Source: an uncultured Candidatus Saccharibacteria bacterium (GTDB taxonomy: Bacteria > Patescibacteriota > WWE3 > UBA101185 > UBA10185). From it: a DNA stretch of 64,000 bases. The translations under genes were made by a program, and so were the position numbers. Shown here in pieces: positions 28,875-37,872 of this stretch. The notes under the pieces were generated by a model. The model was not told where the DNA came from. It ran no database searches and was given only the letters and a program-made list of their open reading frames with translations. The stretch is from positions 23,011-87,010 of the forward strand of contig CAZBAJ010000002.1 of the NCBI GenBank assembly GCA_964490125.1, written 5' to 3'. The stretch's first letter is position 1; each line of letters opens with the position of its first letter.

Positions 28875-29582
28875 TTATTTGTTAAGGTAAACATTCACCA
28901 GCCCGTTTTCCACCTCAATAAAGGCAAAATCTGCGGGTGCGTATTTTTTAATTAGCGCCTCTTGTTGACTTTCAAAATACTTTACGATGACCGGCTTTAG
29001 AAATTTTGCTCCAATACCTAAACCTTCAATATCCAGCGCGTCGATTTTTAACCGCGTACCATCTTCCACTACCTTTATTTTGGCGGACGCGTTTACGGGC
29101 TTTGTTGAGTCGTTATTCATTACGACTTGGGCAGTCAGTCCGACTATGTTGTCGTCCAAAAACTCCAACTTGCCGGACTTTACAACGATACCGTTCCCTA
29201 GGTTTTTTCCTATAATTTGGGTTTTAATTAGGTTGTTGACTTGATCTTGGGTAAACACAAGTTTGGTATAGGCACCCATGTCCTTTAGTTTTGTATCCGA
29301 TTCTGTAGTTTTTTGGTTCGTGCCATTTGCCTTGTTGTTGGTTTCTTGAGATGGGTTTACGACAACGGGGATTTTAGGAAGACTTACGCCAAAAACCTTT
29401 TCCATCACTATGTGTTTTATATTGGAATAAGACGCCTCAACATCCCAACCGAAGATTTTTGTCCCCGCGTACGCCTTATTTACAGGCCCAATCGCTAGGA
29501 GAACCGACAAACCCACCGCCGACATTACTATTTTGCCTTTTCGGTTTCTCATGCTGGCTATTTTACCACAGACCGCAGTCAT
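28875..29582 (-). CDS. secreted hypothetical protein
   Basis: Signal peptide MSAVGLSVLLAIGPVNKAYAG. 4-nt overlap with the upstream gene. Confidence 0.4.
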   Translation of the reverse strand: MTAVCGKIASMRNRKGKIVMSAVGLSVLLAIGPVNKAYAGTKIFGWDVEASYSNIKHIVMEKVFGVSLPKIPVVVNPSQETNNKANGTNQKTTESDTKLKDMGAYTKLVFTQDQVNNLIKTQIIGKNLGNGIVVKSGKLEFLDDNIVGLTAQVVMNNDSTKPVNASAKIKVVEDGTRLKIDALDIEGLGIGAKFLKPVIVKYFESQQEALIKKYAPADFAFIEVENGLVNVYLNK

Positions 29583-30157
29583 GCAGAGAATCGTAAAGAA
29601 TCTGCAACAAGCTCCCTCATTTCGTTTGGCACATGATTATATACATTGCTTTGGAAATCCGATCTTTTCGTACCTGCTGAAGAGAAGGCATCGGTAGCCT
29701 CAGTGTCGGGTTCGTATCTCACAACTTCTAACTGGGCTACGCCCTCCCTTTTTAACGCGTACACCGCTAAGCCAGTCAAAAGTGCGCCAAACGGATCACT
29801 TTCGCAGGCAAAACCATCGCCAGAGGAACCCGCCCCATCTAATTTTCCAAATTCAGTTGGAGCTTTATGGTTTCTTGTAGTTCCGCACACCGCTTTGCCT
29901 CTTCTGCGGTCTAAACCCACATCCATGTAAGCAATCACCTTAGAATCTTCCGTTATTACAAACAGTTGCCTTAAACCGTTTTCTGCTTGATAAATTCGTG
30001 AAGAAGCAAAAGCACGACGATTGGGAATCAGTAAAATTACAAGTCCGCCATTTCCCTTCGCCAGAGGTGCTATCCGATCGCTTATTTTTTGTTCTAACAA
30101 TTTTATGCGGGTTTCTTCAGACTCGTCGTGCGTTGGAAATTGTCCTGGTTTTCCCAT
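29579..30157 (-). CDS. hypothetical protein
   Basis: 192 aa, no confident family assignment. Confidence 0.35.
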   Translation of the reverse strand: MGKPGQFPTHDESEETRIKLLEQKISDRIAPLAKGNGGLVILLIPNRRAFASSRIYQAENGLRQLFVITEDSKVIAYMDVGLDRRRGKAVCGTTRNHKAPTEFGKLDGAGSSGDGFACESDPFGALLTGLAVYALKREGVAQLEVVRYEPDTEATDAFSSAGTKRSDFQSNVYNHVPNEMRELVADSLRFSA

Positions 30158-30192
30158 GTCGACATTCTACTACAAATTGGTATACTTTGCCC

Positions 30193-30642
30193 ATGCTTCT
30201 TGCAAAGAATAAAAAAGCCACATTTGAATACGAGGTTTTGGACAAATACACCGCGGGGCTGGTGCTTTATGGGCATGAGGTTAAGTCGGTGCGAGAGGGT
30301 AATGTCAATTTTGAGGGCTCTTTGGTGACGGTTTTGCACGGGGAGGCGTTTGTGGTCAACTTGCATATTGGGCGCTATTCCCACCAAAGTCAAAAATATA
30401 ATGAAAAAGAGGCAAAGCGCACACGAAAATTGCTACTTAATAAAAAAGAGGTTTTAAAACTGGCGCAGGCAATTAGTCTAAAAGGACGATTTGCGGTGCC
30501 GTTAGCCTTGATTTTGCAACATAATCTGGTAAAATTAGAGCTGGGTGTGGTTAGAAGCAAAAAGCAGTACGAAAAAAAGCAGGTTTTAATAGAGCGACAA
30601 ATTGAGCGCGACTTGGACAGAGTTCGTAAGGACGGAATCTAG
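30193..30642 (+). CDS. smpB: SsrA-binding protein SmpB (track N-terminal extension from 29998 rejected)
   Basis: MLLAKNKKATFEYEVLDKYTAGLVLYGHEVKSVREG… is canonical SmpB. Immediately upstream of tmRNA. Confidence 0.85.
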   Translation: MLLAKNKKATFEYEVLDKYTAGLVLYGHEVKSVREGNVNFEGSLVTVLHGEAFVVNLHIGRYSHQSQKYNEKEAKRTRKLLLNKKEVLKLAQAISLKGRFAVPLALILQHNLVKLELGVVRSKKQYEKKQVLIERQIERDLDRVRKDGI

Positions 30643-30722
30643 TAAGTTTAAGTGGTTGACGGTTTTGGAGCGGATTTTAATGTCGCACGGACTTCTTACT
30701 TTGTCGCCCAGCACTTTAACAA

Positions 30723-31164
30723 GGGGATGAACGGTTTTGACTAGCTTTTCTTTTTTACGCCGGCAAGCCAAAGGCGCTGGTATTTTGTGAGGCTAACGCC
30801 TCCCGTCATCGCTAAAGCGCTGACGGTAAGCCCAGCAAACCAAAAATGCAGATAATGATGCATTCGAGTACGCTTATGCAGACGCGGTTTACGAACCAGC
30901 TTACGCCTAAGCTATCCGCCTTCGGCGGACTCGGATCCTAGGAAGTTGCGTCCGGAAGGCTTCTTGTGGGTCTTATTAAACCGGAATGCGGATGTTTGGC
31001 GTGGTCGACTAAATGTCCAAGAGGGCAAACCTTAAAAACTTGACCTTAAAAAGGGTTTGTGCGTGCCAGAGCGCCTCCTTTTGAAATTACTCTCCGGCTA
31101 AGCTTGTAATACTTGCGCATTAAAGAAAGTTAGAACGGGAGTTCGATTCTCCCCATCTCCACCA
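30723..31164 (+). ncRNA. ssrA: tmRNA (ssrA)
   Basis: 5' ggggatgaacggttttgac pairs with 3' catctcc-ACCA. 3' T-arm gggag-ttcgatt-ctccc. Internal tag reading frame ending …YEPAYA then TAA at 30908-30910. Adjacent to smpB. Confidence 0.8.
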
Positions 31165-31201
31165 CCAACCGAATACTACCCGTAACAGGTGTAAACTGCA
31201 G

Positions 31202-31230
31202 TTGACAAAAAGTGGCTATAAGTGTAAACT
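31202..31230 (+). promoter_or_regulatory. sigma70-like promoter TTGACA-17-TAAACT with flanking gtgtaaact direct repeats
   Basis: Read directly upstream of the ATPase gene at 31243. Confidence 0.4.
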
Positions 31231-31242
31231 CCACTTTACACT

Positions 31243-32460
31243 ATGGTACAACTACAACGGCTCATAGAGCTCCAAACAGAATTAGCAGAAAAGCTACCGT
31301 ACACCAAAAAGCGGTACCTTTTTACCCAAATAGATTGGACACAAAAAGGTCTGGCTATAACCGGTGCAAGGGGGGTGGGCAAAACAACCCTGCTTTTACA
31401 ACATTACAAAGATGCATATAACGATCCCAAAAAATGTTTGTATGTGGTTGGCGACGATATTGATGTGGTGAATCTAAAGCTTATAGAAATAGCAGATACT
31501 TTTTACAAATCGGGCGGTAAATGTTTAATTATAGACGAGGTTCATAAGTACCCAAACTGGTCGCAAGAATTAAAAAATATTTACGACAGGTATCCGGATT
31601 TGCAACTTATAGTTTCCGGAAGCTCAACTTTAGAAATAAATAAAGGCAAGTACGATCTTTCCAGAAGAGTGGTTTCTTATTACCTTCACGGGCTTTCTTT
31701 TAGGGAGTTTATCTCTTTTCAGGTGGACAAAGAATTTGAGGTCGCGTCTCTGCAAGATGTTGTTAAAAATCATGTGGAGTTGTCAATCAAAATAAAAAAA
31801 GAGCTGGGCGACAATAAAATACTGGGTTTGTTTAGTAAGTACTTAACTTACGGCTATTTTCCTTATTACCAAGAGGGAACAGACACCTTTAATTCAAAAC
31901 TGGTAAATTCGTTAAATAAAGTGATGTACGAGGATATTCCGGTGAGTTTTGGTCTTAAAGTTGCATCCGTACCAAGTCTACAAAAGCTTGTGGCTTTGGT
32001 GGCGGGAATTAAGCCGTTTATGGTGGACATTACCAGAATAGCAAGTTCTGTGGGAATTTCTCGCGAGTATGTTAGTTTGTATATAGATTATCTGGAAAAA
32101 GCAGGCGTTTTGTTAGGTTTGCGTAGTGCTTTATATGGACACGCTTCCGTGCGAAAGCCGGAAAAGCTTTATATTAACAATACAAACTTGTACCTAGCAA
32201 TAAATAACGTCGATATAAATCAGGAAAATGTAGGCATGCTTAGGGAAGTTTTTGTGGCAAATCAGCTGATTAGTACTCACAATGTCACCAGTCCCGGCGA
32301 GTCGGATTTTGAGGCTGACAAGCTTACTTTTGAAGTAGGCGGTAAGAGTAAGTTAAACAAGTTGGGAAATTACACAGAAAGTACCTACTTTTTAATTGAC
32401 GACATAGAAAACGGTAACAACAACATAATTCCTCTGTATTTGCTGGGTTTCTTGTATTAA
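31243..32460 (+). CDS. AAA_14/DUF4143-family ATPase (paralog 2)
   Basis: Walker [10 protein letters not shown]. Colinear with the 3122 paralog, including the C-terminal IPLYLLGFL. Confidence 0.7.
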   Translation: MVQLQRLIELQTELAEKLPYTKKRYLFTQIDWTQKGLAITGARGVGKTTLLLQHYKDAYNDPKKCLYVVGDDIDVVNLKLIEIADTFYKSGGKCLIIDEVHKYPNWSQELKNIYDRYPDLQLIVSGSSTLEINKGKYDLSRRVVSYYLHGLSFREFISFQVDKEFEVASLQDVVKNHVELSIKIKKELGDNKILGLFSKYLTYGYFPYYQEGTDTFNSKLVNSLNKVMYEDIPVSFGLKVASVPSLQKLVALVAGIKPFMVDITRIASSVGISREYVSLYIDYLEKAGVLLGLRSALYGHASVRKPEKLYINNTNLYLAINNVDINQENVGMLREVFVANQLISTHNVTSPGESDFEADKLTFEVGGKSKLNKLGNYTESTYFLIDDIENGNNNIIPLYLLGFLY

Positions 32461-32816
32461 TTAGGAATTTACCCCCTAGTCTTGTCATTCCCAGTGACAC
32501 ATTTACCCGGTAAGTTTGGCAAAAACCTGCACAAACCGGTGGGTAGATTTGCCACTAATCATATATAAGGCTTTACTGCGCCAAATTCTAATAAAACTAG
32601 ATGTCAAGAGGTTGACGGATTTCGCGCGCCAAAGTATAACAACTATGGGATACGACTCTATATATAACTATGGGTTGCAGTAGGCTTCGGGGTTACTGTA
32701 ACGGTGTTAAGATGTATGTGGGAAAAGTCTGAATAAGTCCAGCAAGCCAGAAAACCGAGCGGATTTGGTATGTTGGGTACATCGCGCAAACTGGTTAAAT
32801 TACAAGCGAATGTTTT

Positions 32817-33557
32817 ATGGAGACCTTACTTACTACTATTTTTGGTGAAAAATGCTTTTTTTGCGGACGACCTGGACGGATAATTTGTTACGGTTGCGAG
32901 TCTAGCATCAAGCTTGCTAAGAATGGGGTTTGCATAGTCTGTCAGCAACCCAGCGTGATGGGTTTTACCCACCGGCAATGTAACAAGTCGGCTTTGATTC
33001 CAAGTCAACTATGCTGTGTTTACAATTACGACGGTATAGTCGCCCAGATTATTAAAAAGTCAAAATATAATCCCAAAAGGTTTGCGCTACTCCGACTTTT
33101 AAGCGCCAGTGGGGCAAAGCAGGCCTCTAAATTAGGCTTTGATTTTACGGGCTTTACGGTTGTGCCAATACCAATTTCTAAAATGCGGGAAAAAGAGCGG
33201 GGTTTCAATCAGGCGGAGTTTATTGCCAAGGCGGTGGCTAAGGAATTTGGCTTGGCAACGGACTTTTCTATTCTGGTTAGAATTCGTGATACTACCAAGC
33301 AACACGGGCTACATAAGGACGAGCGGGCGCAAAATATTGCTGGGGCTTTTGCGGTTGCTAGAGGGTCGTTTGGTCAAAAGTCGTCAGGTGGTGAAACAGA
33401 TGCGGGGGTGAGTGGGTACAAGGGTTTAGGTGGCGGTAAATTTCTGCTGGTGGACGACATTTGTACTACGGGCTCAACCTTGATTTCTGCTTCCTCTGCT
33501 CTGTACTGCGCCGGAGCTAAAGATGTTAGGTGTCTAACCCTGTCGCGCAAGCTTTAG
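32817..33557 (+). CDS. comF: ComF family protein (phosphoribosyltransferase domain, N-terminal Cys4 zinc finger)
   Basis: CxxC…CxxC N-terminus. PRTase motif LLVDDICTTGSTL. Confidence 0.65.
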   Translation: METLLTTIFGEKCFFCGRPGRIICYGCESSIKLAKNGVCIVCQQPSVMGFTHRQCNKSALIPSQLCCVYNYDGIVAQIIKKSKYNPKRFALLRLLSASGAKQASKLGFDFTGFTVVPIPISKMREKERGFNQAEFIAKAVAKEFGLATDFSILVRIRDTTKQHGLHKDERAQNIAGAFAVARGSFGQKSSGGETDAGVSGYKGLGGGKFLLVDDICTTGSTLISASSALYCAGAKDVRCLTLSRKL

Positions 33558-33623
33558 CTAAATTGACCGCAAAACCGGTTTAGCGATCACTTGACTGACC
33601 GCAAAACGGGTTTTATACTCAAA

Positions 33624-33754
33624 GAGTACAGCAAACCACCGCAGGTGGTGCTGATAATCAACGGGTACAGCTAGCCAAGGCAAGTGGCGCTGATATTCGA
33701 AGAATACAGCAAGCCACTGTAAGTGGCGCTGATAATCAATGAGTACAGTAAAAT
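33624..33754. repeat. 3.3 tandem copies of a 39-bp repeat (RgtacagcaaRccaNNgNaRgtggYgctgataWtcRa), each with a small ccacN5gtgg palindrome, ending at the ATG of the next gene; preceded by two copies of tgaccgcaaaacSggttt (33563, 33596)
   Basis: Periodicity 33624/33663/33702/33741, read directly. Confidence 0.5.
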
Positions 33755-35116
33755 ATGCAAACGAACAGATTAGAGATTACAGAAAAATATAACCAGCAAA
33801 GGCAAAAATTTTTGGATTTGGAATTAGGCGTGCCTAGGGAAGTAACGGAGACCGTTTTATCCAAGCTGGAACAGGATAATGTAACTATCCTTACGGGTTT
33901 AAGGCGGGTTGGCAAAACAACGGTTATGCGTCAATTAGCCCAACGCTTGTTAGAAAGCGGGGTGCAGAATACAAACATCCACTTTTTTTCTTTTGACGAT
34001 GTTTCTACCAGAAATGTCGATTTTTTAGACGGTTTGTTGGTCTACTTGCTAGAAAATCAGCCCAAGGAAAAGGTGTATATTTTTTTGGACGAAATTCAGT
34101 ATATAGAGGATTGGCAGGGTACCGTCAAAAAATATTATGACTTTTATAAAGGTGTAAAAATTGTTATCTCGGGATCGTCCTCCGTATTTATTAAAAACAA
34201 GATGGCGGACAGTTTGGCAGGCAGAACCTACGAGTTTTATATTACGCCCCTAAATTTTAAAGAATACCTTTCTATTTTTGAAGGGGTGAATCAAAGCTTT
34301 TTTAACCTGGGCGACTTTTTAGCTAACCCAACAAGCCAAAGTTTTAGAGAAATCGAATCGGTGTGGGCGGAAAAATCAGCGGTTTTAACACGGCAGTTTT
34401 ATAACTACCTGTCCTTTGGTCAATTTCCGGAATGTGCCAAACTCACGGAGCTGGAAGACAGGTATAAGTACATAAATTCCGGTATTTACACAAAACTTTT
34501 GGAAACGGACTTGCCGGATATTTACGGTATTACCAACATTTTTGAATTTAAGCGACTTTTTGAGGTGTTAATTATGGAAACTGGCGACTATTTTGAGGTC
34601 GACAAGTTTTCCGGGGAAATCGAGCTTGCTAAAAACACCGTTAAAAGATACTTGGATGTTTTGGTGCAAGGATTTTTGGTTGGGGATGTAAAGTCGTTTA
34701 ACAAGTCGTTAAGGAAAGCCGGCAGATCCAAACAAAAGTACTATGTAGGTTCGCCTAATTTTTACACAGCTTTTGCCGGTTTGCGCGGGGACAGTATGGT
34801 GAGTGGTTTGTATGGCAAGGTTTTTGAGACTTATGTATTTTGGCTCATGAGACGACTTTACAACTATTTATTTTTTTATTATAAGGACAAGGATGAAGTG
34901 GACTTTTTGGGGACTGATAATCCGCTGTTTAAAAACTTGACGGTGGTGGAGGCTAAATTTGTAAGTAGGGTTGATTCCCAGGATTTTAGAGTAGTTAAAT
35001 CGCTAATGCTAAAAAAGGATATTAAAAACGCTTTTATTTTGAGTTTGGATTGTAGATTTTTTGACTTGGAGGACGGCAGGCGGATTTGGGCATTACCCGC
35101 TCCGGTTTTTGGTTAA
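33755..35116 (+). CDS. AAA_14/DUF4143-family ATPase (paralog 3, divergent)
   Basis: Walker A GLRRVGKTT, Walker B IFLDEIQ. Same domain order as the other two paralogs. Confidence 0.65.
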   Translation: MQTNRLEITEKYNQQRQKFLDLELGVPREVTETVLSKLEQDNVTILTGLRRVGKTTVMRQLAQRLLESGVQNTNIHFFSFDDVSTRNVDFLDGLLVYLLENQPKEKVYIFLDEIQYIEDWQGTVKKYYDFYKGVKIVISGSSSVFIKNKMADSLAGRTYEFYITPLNFKEYLSIFEGVNQSFFNLGDFLANPTSQSFREIESVWAEKSAVLTRQFYNYLSFGQFPECAKLTELEDRYKYINSGIYTKLLETDLPDIYGITNIFEFKRLFEVLIMETGDYFEVDKFSGEIELAKNTVKRYLDVLVQGFLVGDVKSFNKSLRKAGRSKQKYYVGSPNFYTAFAGLRGDSMVSGLYGKVFETYVFWLMRRLYNYLFFYYKDKDEVDFLGTDNPLFKNLTVVEAKFVSRVDSQDFRVVKSLMLKKDIKNAFILSLDCRFFDLEDGRRIWALPAPVFG

Positions 35117-35181
35117 GACTCTCTTGTTTTTGGAAAACTCCTTCCTACTTTTTATTGTTAAAATCTATAACAGCAGTTAAA

Positions 35182-35892
35182 ATGATCACCATGTACAAAT
35201 ACTTTAGAGTTAGTGTAACGGTACCTGCCTACAACGAAGCGCAGTTTATAAAAAAAGTTCTAAAAGGGTTTCCTAATTGGGTTGATAATATTGTGGTTGT
35301 TGACGATTGTAGTACGGATGGAACATATAGCAATGTATTAGCTGTTGCTAGGGAGGATAGAAGGATCCACCCCATCAGATCTTTTGAAAATCAAGGTGTT
35401 GGTGGTTCCGTGATGTTGGGGCATGAGAAAGGCATAGAATATGGAGCCGATATCCTCGTTGTTATGGCGGGAGACGGTCAAATGAATCCGGCGTTTCTTC
35501 CCTTATTGTTGGATGAAATCGTGGAAACGGGTTGTGCCTATGTTAAAGGTAATAGATTTCTGAATATCGGTAGTCTAAAAGCCATGCCTCCGTTTAGAAT
35601 TGTCGGCAATGCGTTCATGACATTTCTCACAAGAATCCTAATTAACAACCTCGCCATTGGCGATCCGTTAAACGGTTATACAGCTATTAATGCGGGGGTT
35701 TATAAATCTTTAGATAAAACAAGAATCGGCAGGAGATATGATTTTGAAATCTCACTACTTATAGAATTGGCGAGGTTTGGTTACAAGGTTAGGGATGTGT
35801 ATATACCGGCTGTTTACGGTAAGGAAAAATCGGATATTAACTGGCTAAAGGATACCTTTATGATAATGAAGAAGCTTGTGTTTACAAGATAA
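35182..35892 (+). CDS. family 2 glycosyltransferase (polyprenyl-phosphate sugar synthase-like); ATG at 35182 preferred over the overlapping track start
   Basis: VTVPAYNEAQFI…VVDDCSTDGT… are the GT2 DxD-region hallmarks. Confidence 0.65.
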   Translation: MITMYKYFRVSVTVPAYNEAQFIKKVLKGFPNWVDNIVVVDDCSTDGTYSNVLAVAREDRRIHPIRSFENQGVGGSVMLGHEKGIEYGADILVVMAGDGQMNPAFLPLLLDEIVETGCAYVKGNRFLNIGSLKAMPPFRIVGNAFMTFLTRILINNLAIGDPLNGYTAINAGVYKSLDKTRIGRRYDFEISLLIELARFGYKVRDVYIPAVYGKEKSDINWLKDTFMIMKKLVFTR

Positions 35893-35928
35893 AGCGGTTT
35901 TTACTTACTGATAGATTGACAGAACGAG

Positions 35929-37725
35929 ATGCTGAAAAAGTTAGCTACATACTTCCAAGAGCTCAAAGGCGATCGCAGGCAGACCATCTTTGTAATCGTG
36001 CTGATGTGTTCGTATTTTTCGTACTGTGTAACTAGGACCGTATACGAACCGGATTTTATTGTTGGCTGGTTTGGTGGCGTTTACTTTGGTGTATGCGCCT
36101 TAAACCATACTAGGTTTTCAAAGTTTATTAGAAGGTACACCAAAGTCGTGTTGGTTTTTTTAACGATCGCCTTTTTTTTCTACTCCGCATTCTATTATAG
36201 AACAAACTCTTGGGACGGTGGGAATCTTTATTACCGTAACGCATTTTTGGTGAAGGAGAAAGGTCACTCTGCTGTATTACAGGGCGCGATATATCCTTAT
36301 TTTAGCGAGTTGTTTCTAGGTTTAATAGGCAGAATTTTTAATGATAATTTTATGTTTTTTATGTTTGGGTTAGCCTCTGTAATTTGTATTTACTCAAGCT
36401 ATCTAATATACAAAAGACTTTCACTGTCCCCTTTTGTTACTAGATACGCCCTTTTGATCTTCATAACCTCCCCAACATTTATTATGCTTTCTCTTCACGA
36501 ATTCAAAGTAGAGCTGTTCTTACTTCTTTTATACAATTTTTTTACATTGCAACTTATCTCGTGTATTCAACATCCGAGTACAAGAAACATCATAATTCTA
36601 GGTTTGTTGGCTTCTTTTAGTTTTTTAACTAAAGTGTCTGTCCTTCCTCTAATAATTATCAGTCCCTGTTTTTTGTTAATCGTGAAAATTGTCCGAAAAG
36701 AATTGATTACAAAAAAGGCGATCTTACACCTTGCCACATTTTCTCTAGCTGTATGTTTGCCGATATTTCTTTGGGTTTTGTACACGCCTACCCTTCTGCC
36801 TATAATTGGGGTTTTGCACCCTCGTTCCACAGGCACAAATGTTCAATTTACTGATTTAGAAAGAGATAGTGGGATACTCGCGGAATGTCGTAATCAGGAG
36901 CGATACCGCGACCTATCTGGTTGGATTTTTTATAAAAACGAGCTTTGGTTGCTAATCCAACCGATTCAGTACTTCTTATTTGTAGGTTTAGAGAGGGGAC
37001 AATTTGTTTTTCATACTGGAAATCCCGGTCCTTATATTTATCTTGGGATATGGTTAACGCCTTTAGTGGCATATCTTTTCTATATGGGCAAAAAGTACAA
37101 GCAATGGACAATTTTTGCTTCCTCTATTCCTTTTATTATTGCAATTTACTACTTATCAAAAGGTGTTTTCTGGTATTATTTTCCGATTTATCCGATTTTG
37201 GCAGCTGTTATCCCGTTTCTGGCCGAACGGTATATTAATACACGGTTTGCAACCAGTGTGTTTAAGGTTACCGTGCTATCCTTAGCGTTTACTCATGTAC
37301 TTTGGGGTTTTGGTGCCGGCATTACTCTTTTTGGCACCTTCGGATTCAACAGTAGCCTAGAAACCAGCAGTCCCGTAATTTGGAATTTAAGCAAAACCGC
37401 CCAAAACTTACCAGCCGATTTTTTCATAATGGATGCTACCCAACACCAATTTATTACATTTTTACCTTTTATGAATAACTACGACACTAGGATCGTGCGA
37501 AGCGACTTTTATTTTGCTAGTTCTAAGAAAAACATCGACGATATGCGACAAGAGTTACTCGTTAAAAACATCAAGTACATAATTGCCAGAAAATCTACTT
37601 TGTTTAACAGTTGGTATGCGGGTTGTCCGCTTCGAAACAACGAAATTCTTTTTCAGTTTTTAGAAAAACATACCAAAATGATTTACGATTCTATTTATGT
37701 CGGCGAAATTTACGAAGTTATCTAG
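35929..37725 (+). CDS. GT-C-fold polytopic membrane glycosyltransferase-like protein (PMT_2/ArnT-like)
   Basis: 598 aa, about 12 TM. Placed directly after the GT2 gene. Confidence 0.4.
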   Translation: MLKKLATYFQELKGDRRQTIFVIVLMCSYFSYCVTRTVYEPDFIVGWFGGVYFGVCALNHTRFSKFIRRYTKVVLVFLTIAFFFYSAFYYRTNSWDGGNLYYRNAFLVKEKGHSAVLQGAIYPYFSELFLGLIGRIFNDNFMFFMFGLASVICIYSSYLIYKRLSLSPFVTRYALLIFITSPTFIMLSLHEFKVELFLLLLYNFFTLQLISCIQHPSTRNIIILGLLASFSFLTKVSVLPLIIISPCFLLIVKIVRKELITKKAILHLATFSLAVCLPIFLWVLYTPTLLPIIGVLHPRSTGTNVQFTDLERDSGILAECRNQERYRDLSGWIFYKNELWLLIQPIQYFLFVGLERGQFVFHTGNPGPYIYLGIWLTPLVAYLFYMGKKYKQWTIFASSIPFIIAIYYLSKGVFWYYFPIYPILAAVIPFLAERYINTRFATSVFKVTVLSLAFTHVLWGFGAGITLFGTFGFNSSLETSSPVIWNLSKTAQNLPADFFIMDATQHQFITFLPFMNNYDTRIVRSDFYFASSKKNIDDMRQELLVKNIKYIIARKSTLFNSWYAGCPLRNNEILFQFLEKHTKMIYDSIYVGEIYEVI

Positions 37726-37768
37726 CAACAATAAGGTATAATATCAGAGTTGCGCGGTTAGGTGGTAT

Positions 37769-37844
37769 GCCAACATAGCTCAGTGGTTAGAGCGGGCGTT
37801 TCATAAGCGCTAGGTCGCAGGTCCGACTCCTGCTGTTGGCACCA
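37769..37844 (+). tRNA. tRNA-Met (anticodon CAT), elongator-type (G1-C72)
   Basis: Manual cloverleaf: acceptor gccaaca/tgttggc, D-arm gctc-agtggttag-gagc, anticodon loop ttCATaa, T-arm gcagg-tccgact-cctgc, 3' ACCA. T-loop deviates from TTCGAAT. Confidence 0.65.
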
Positions 37845-37872
37845 AGATTAAACATAAGAAAAGGAGTCAAAA

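Noticed and set aside
29998-30192. Track's 214-aa version of smpB starting at 29998
   Set aside because: The N-terminal 65 aa have no SmpB similarity and overlap the divergent upstream gene. The canonical SmpB N-terminus starts at ATG 30193.
33624-33754. Possible CRISPR array
   Set aside because: The repeats are contiguous with no spacers, there are only 3.3 copies, the copies are imperfect, and there is no cas gene. Treated as tandem repeat or regulatory sites.
37769-37844. Initiator tRNA-fMet assignment
   Set aside because: G1-C72 is paired, so it is elongator Met or lysidine-Ile. It cannot be resolved from sequence alone. The T-loop tccgact is atypical but the cloverleaf is otherwise intact.
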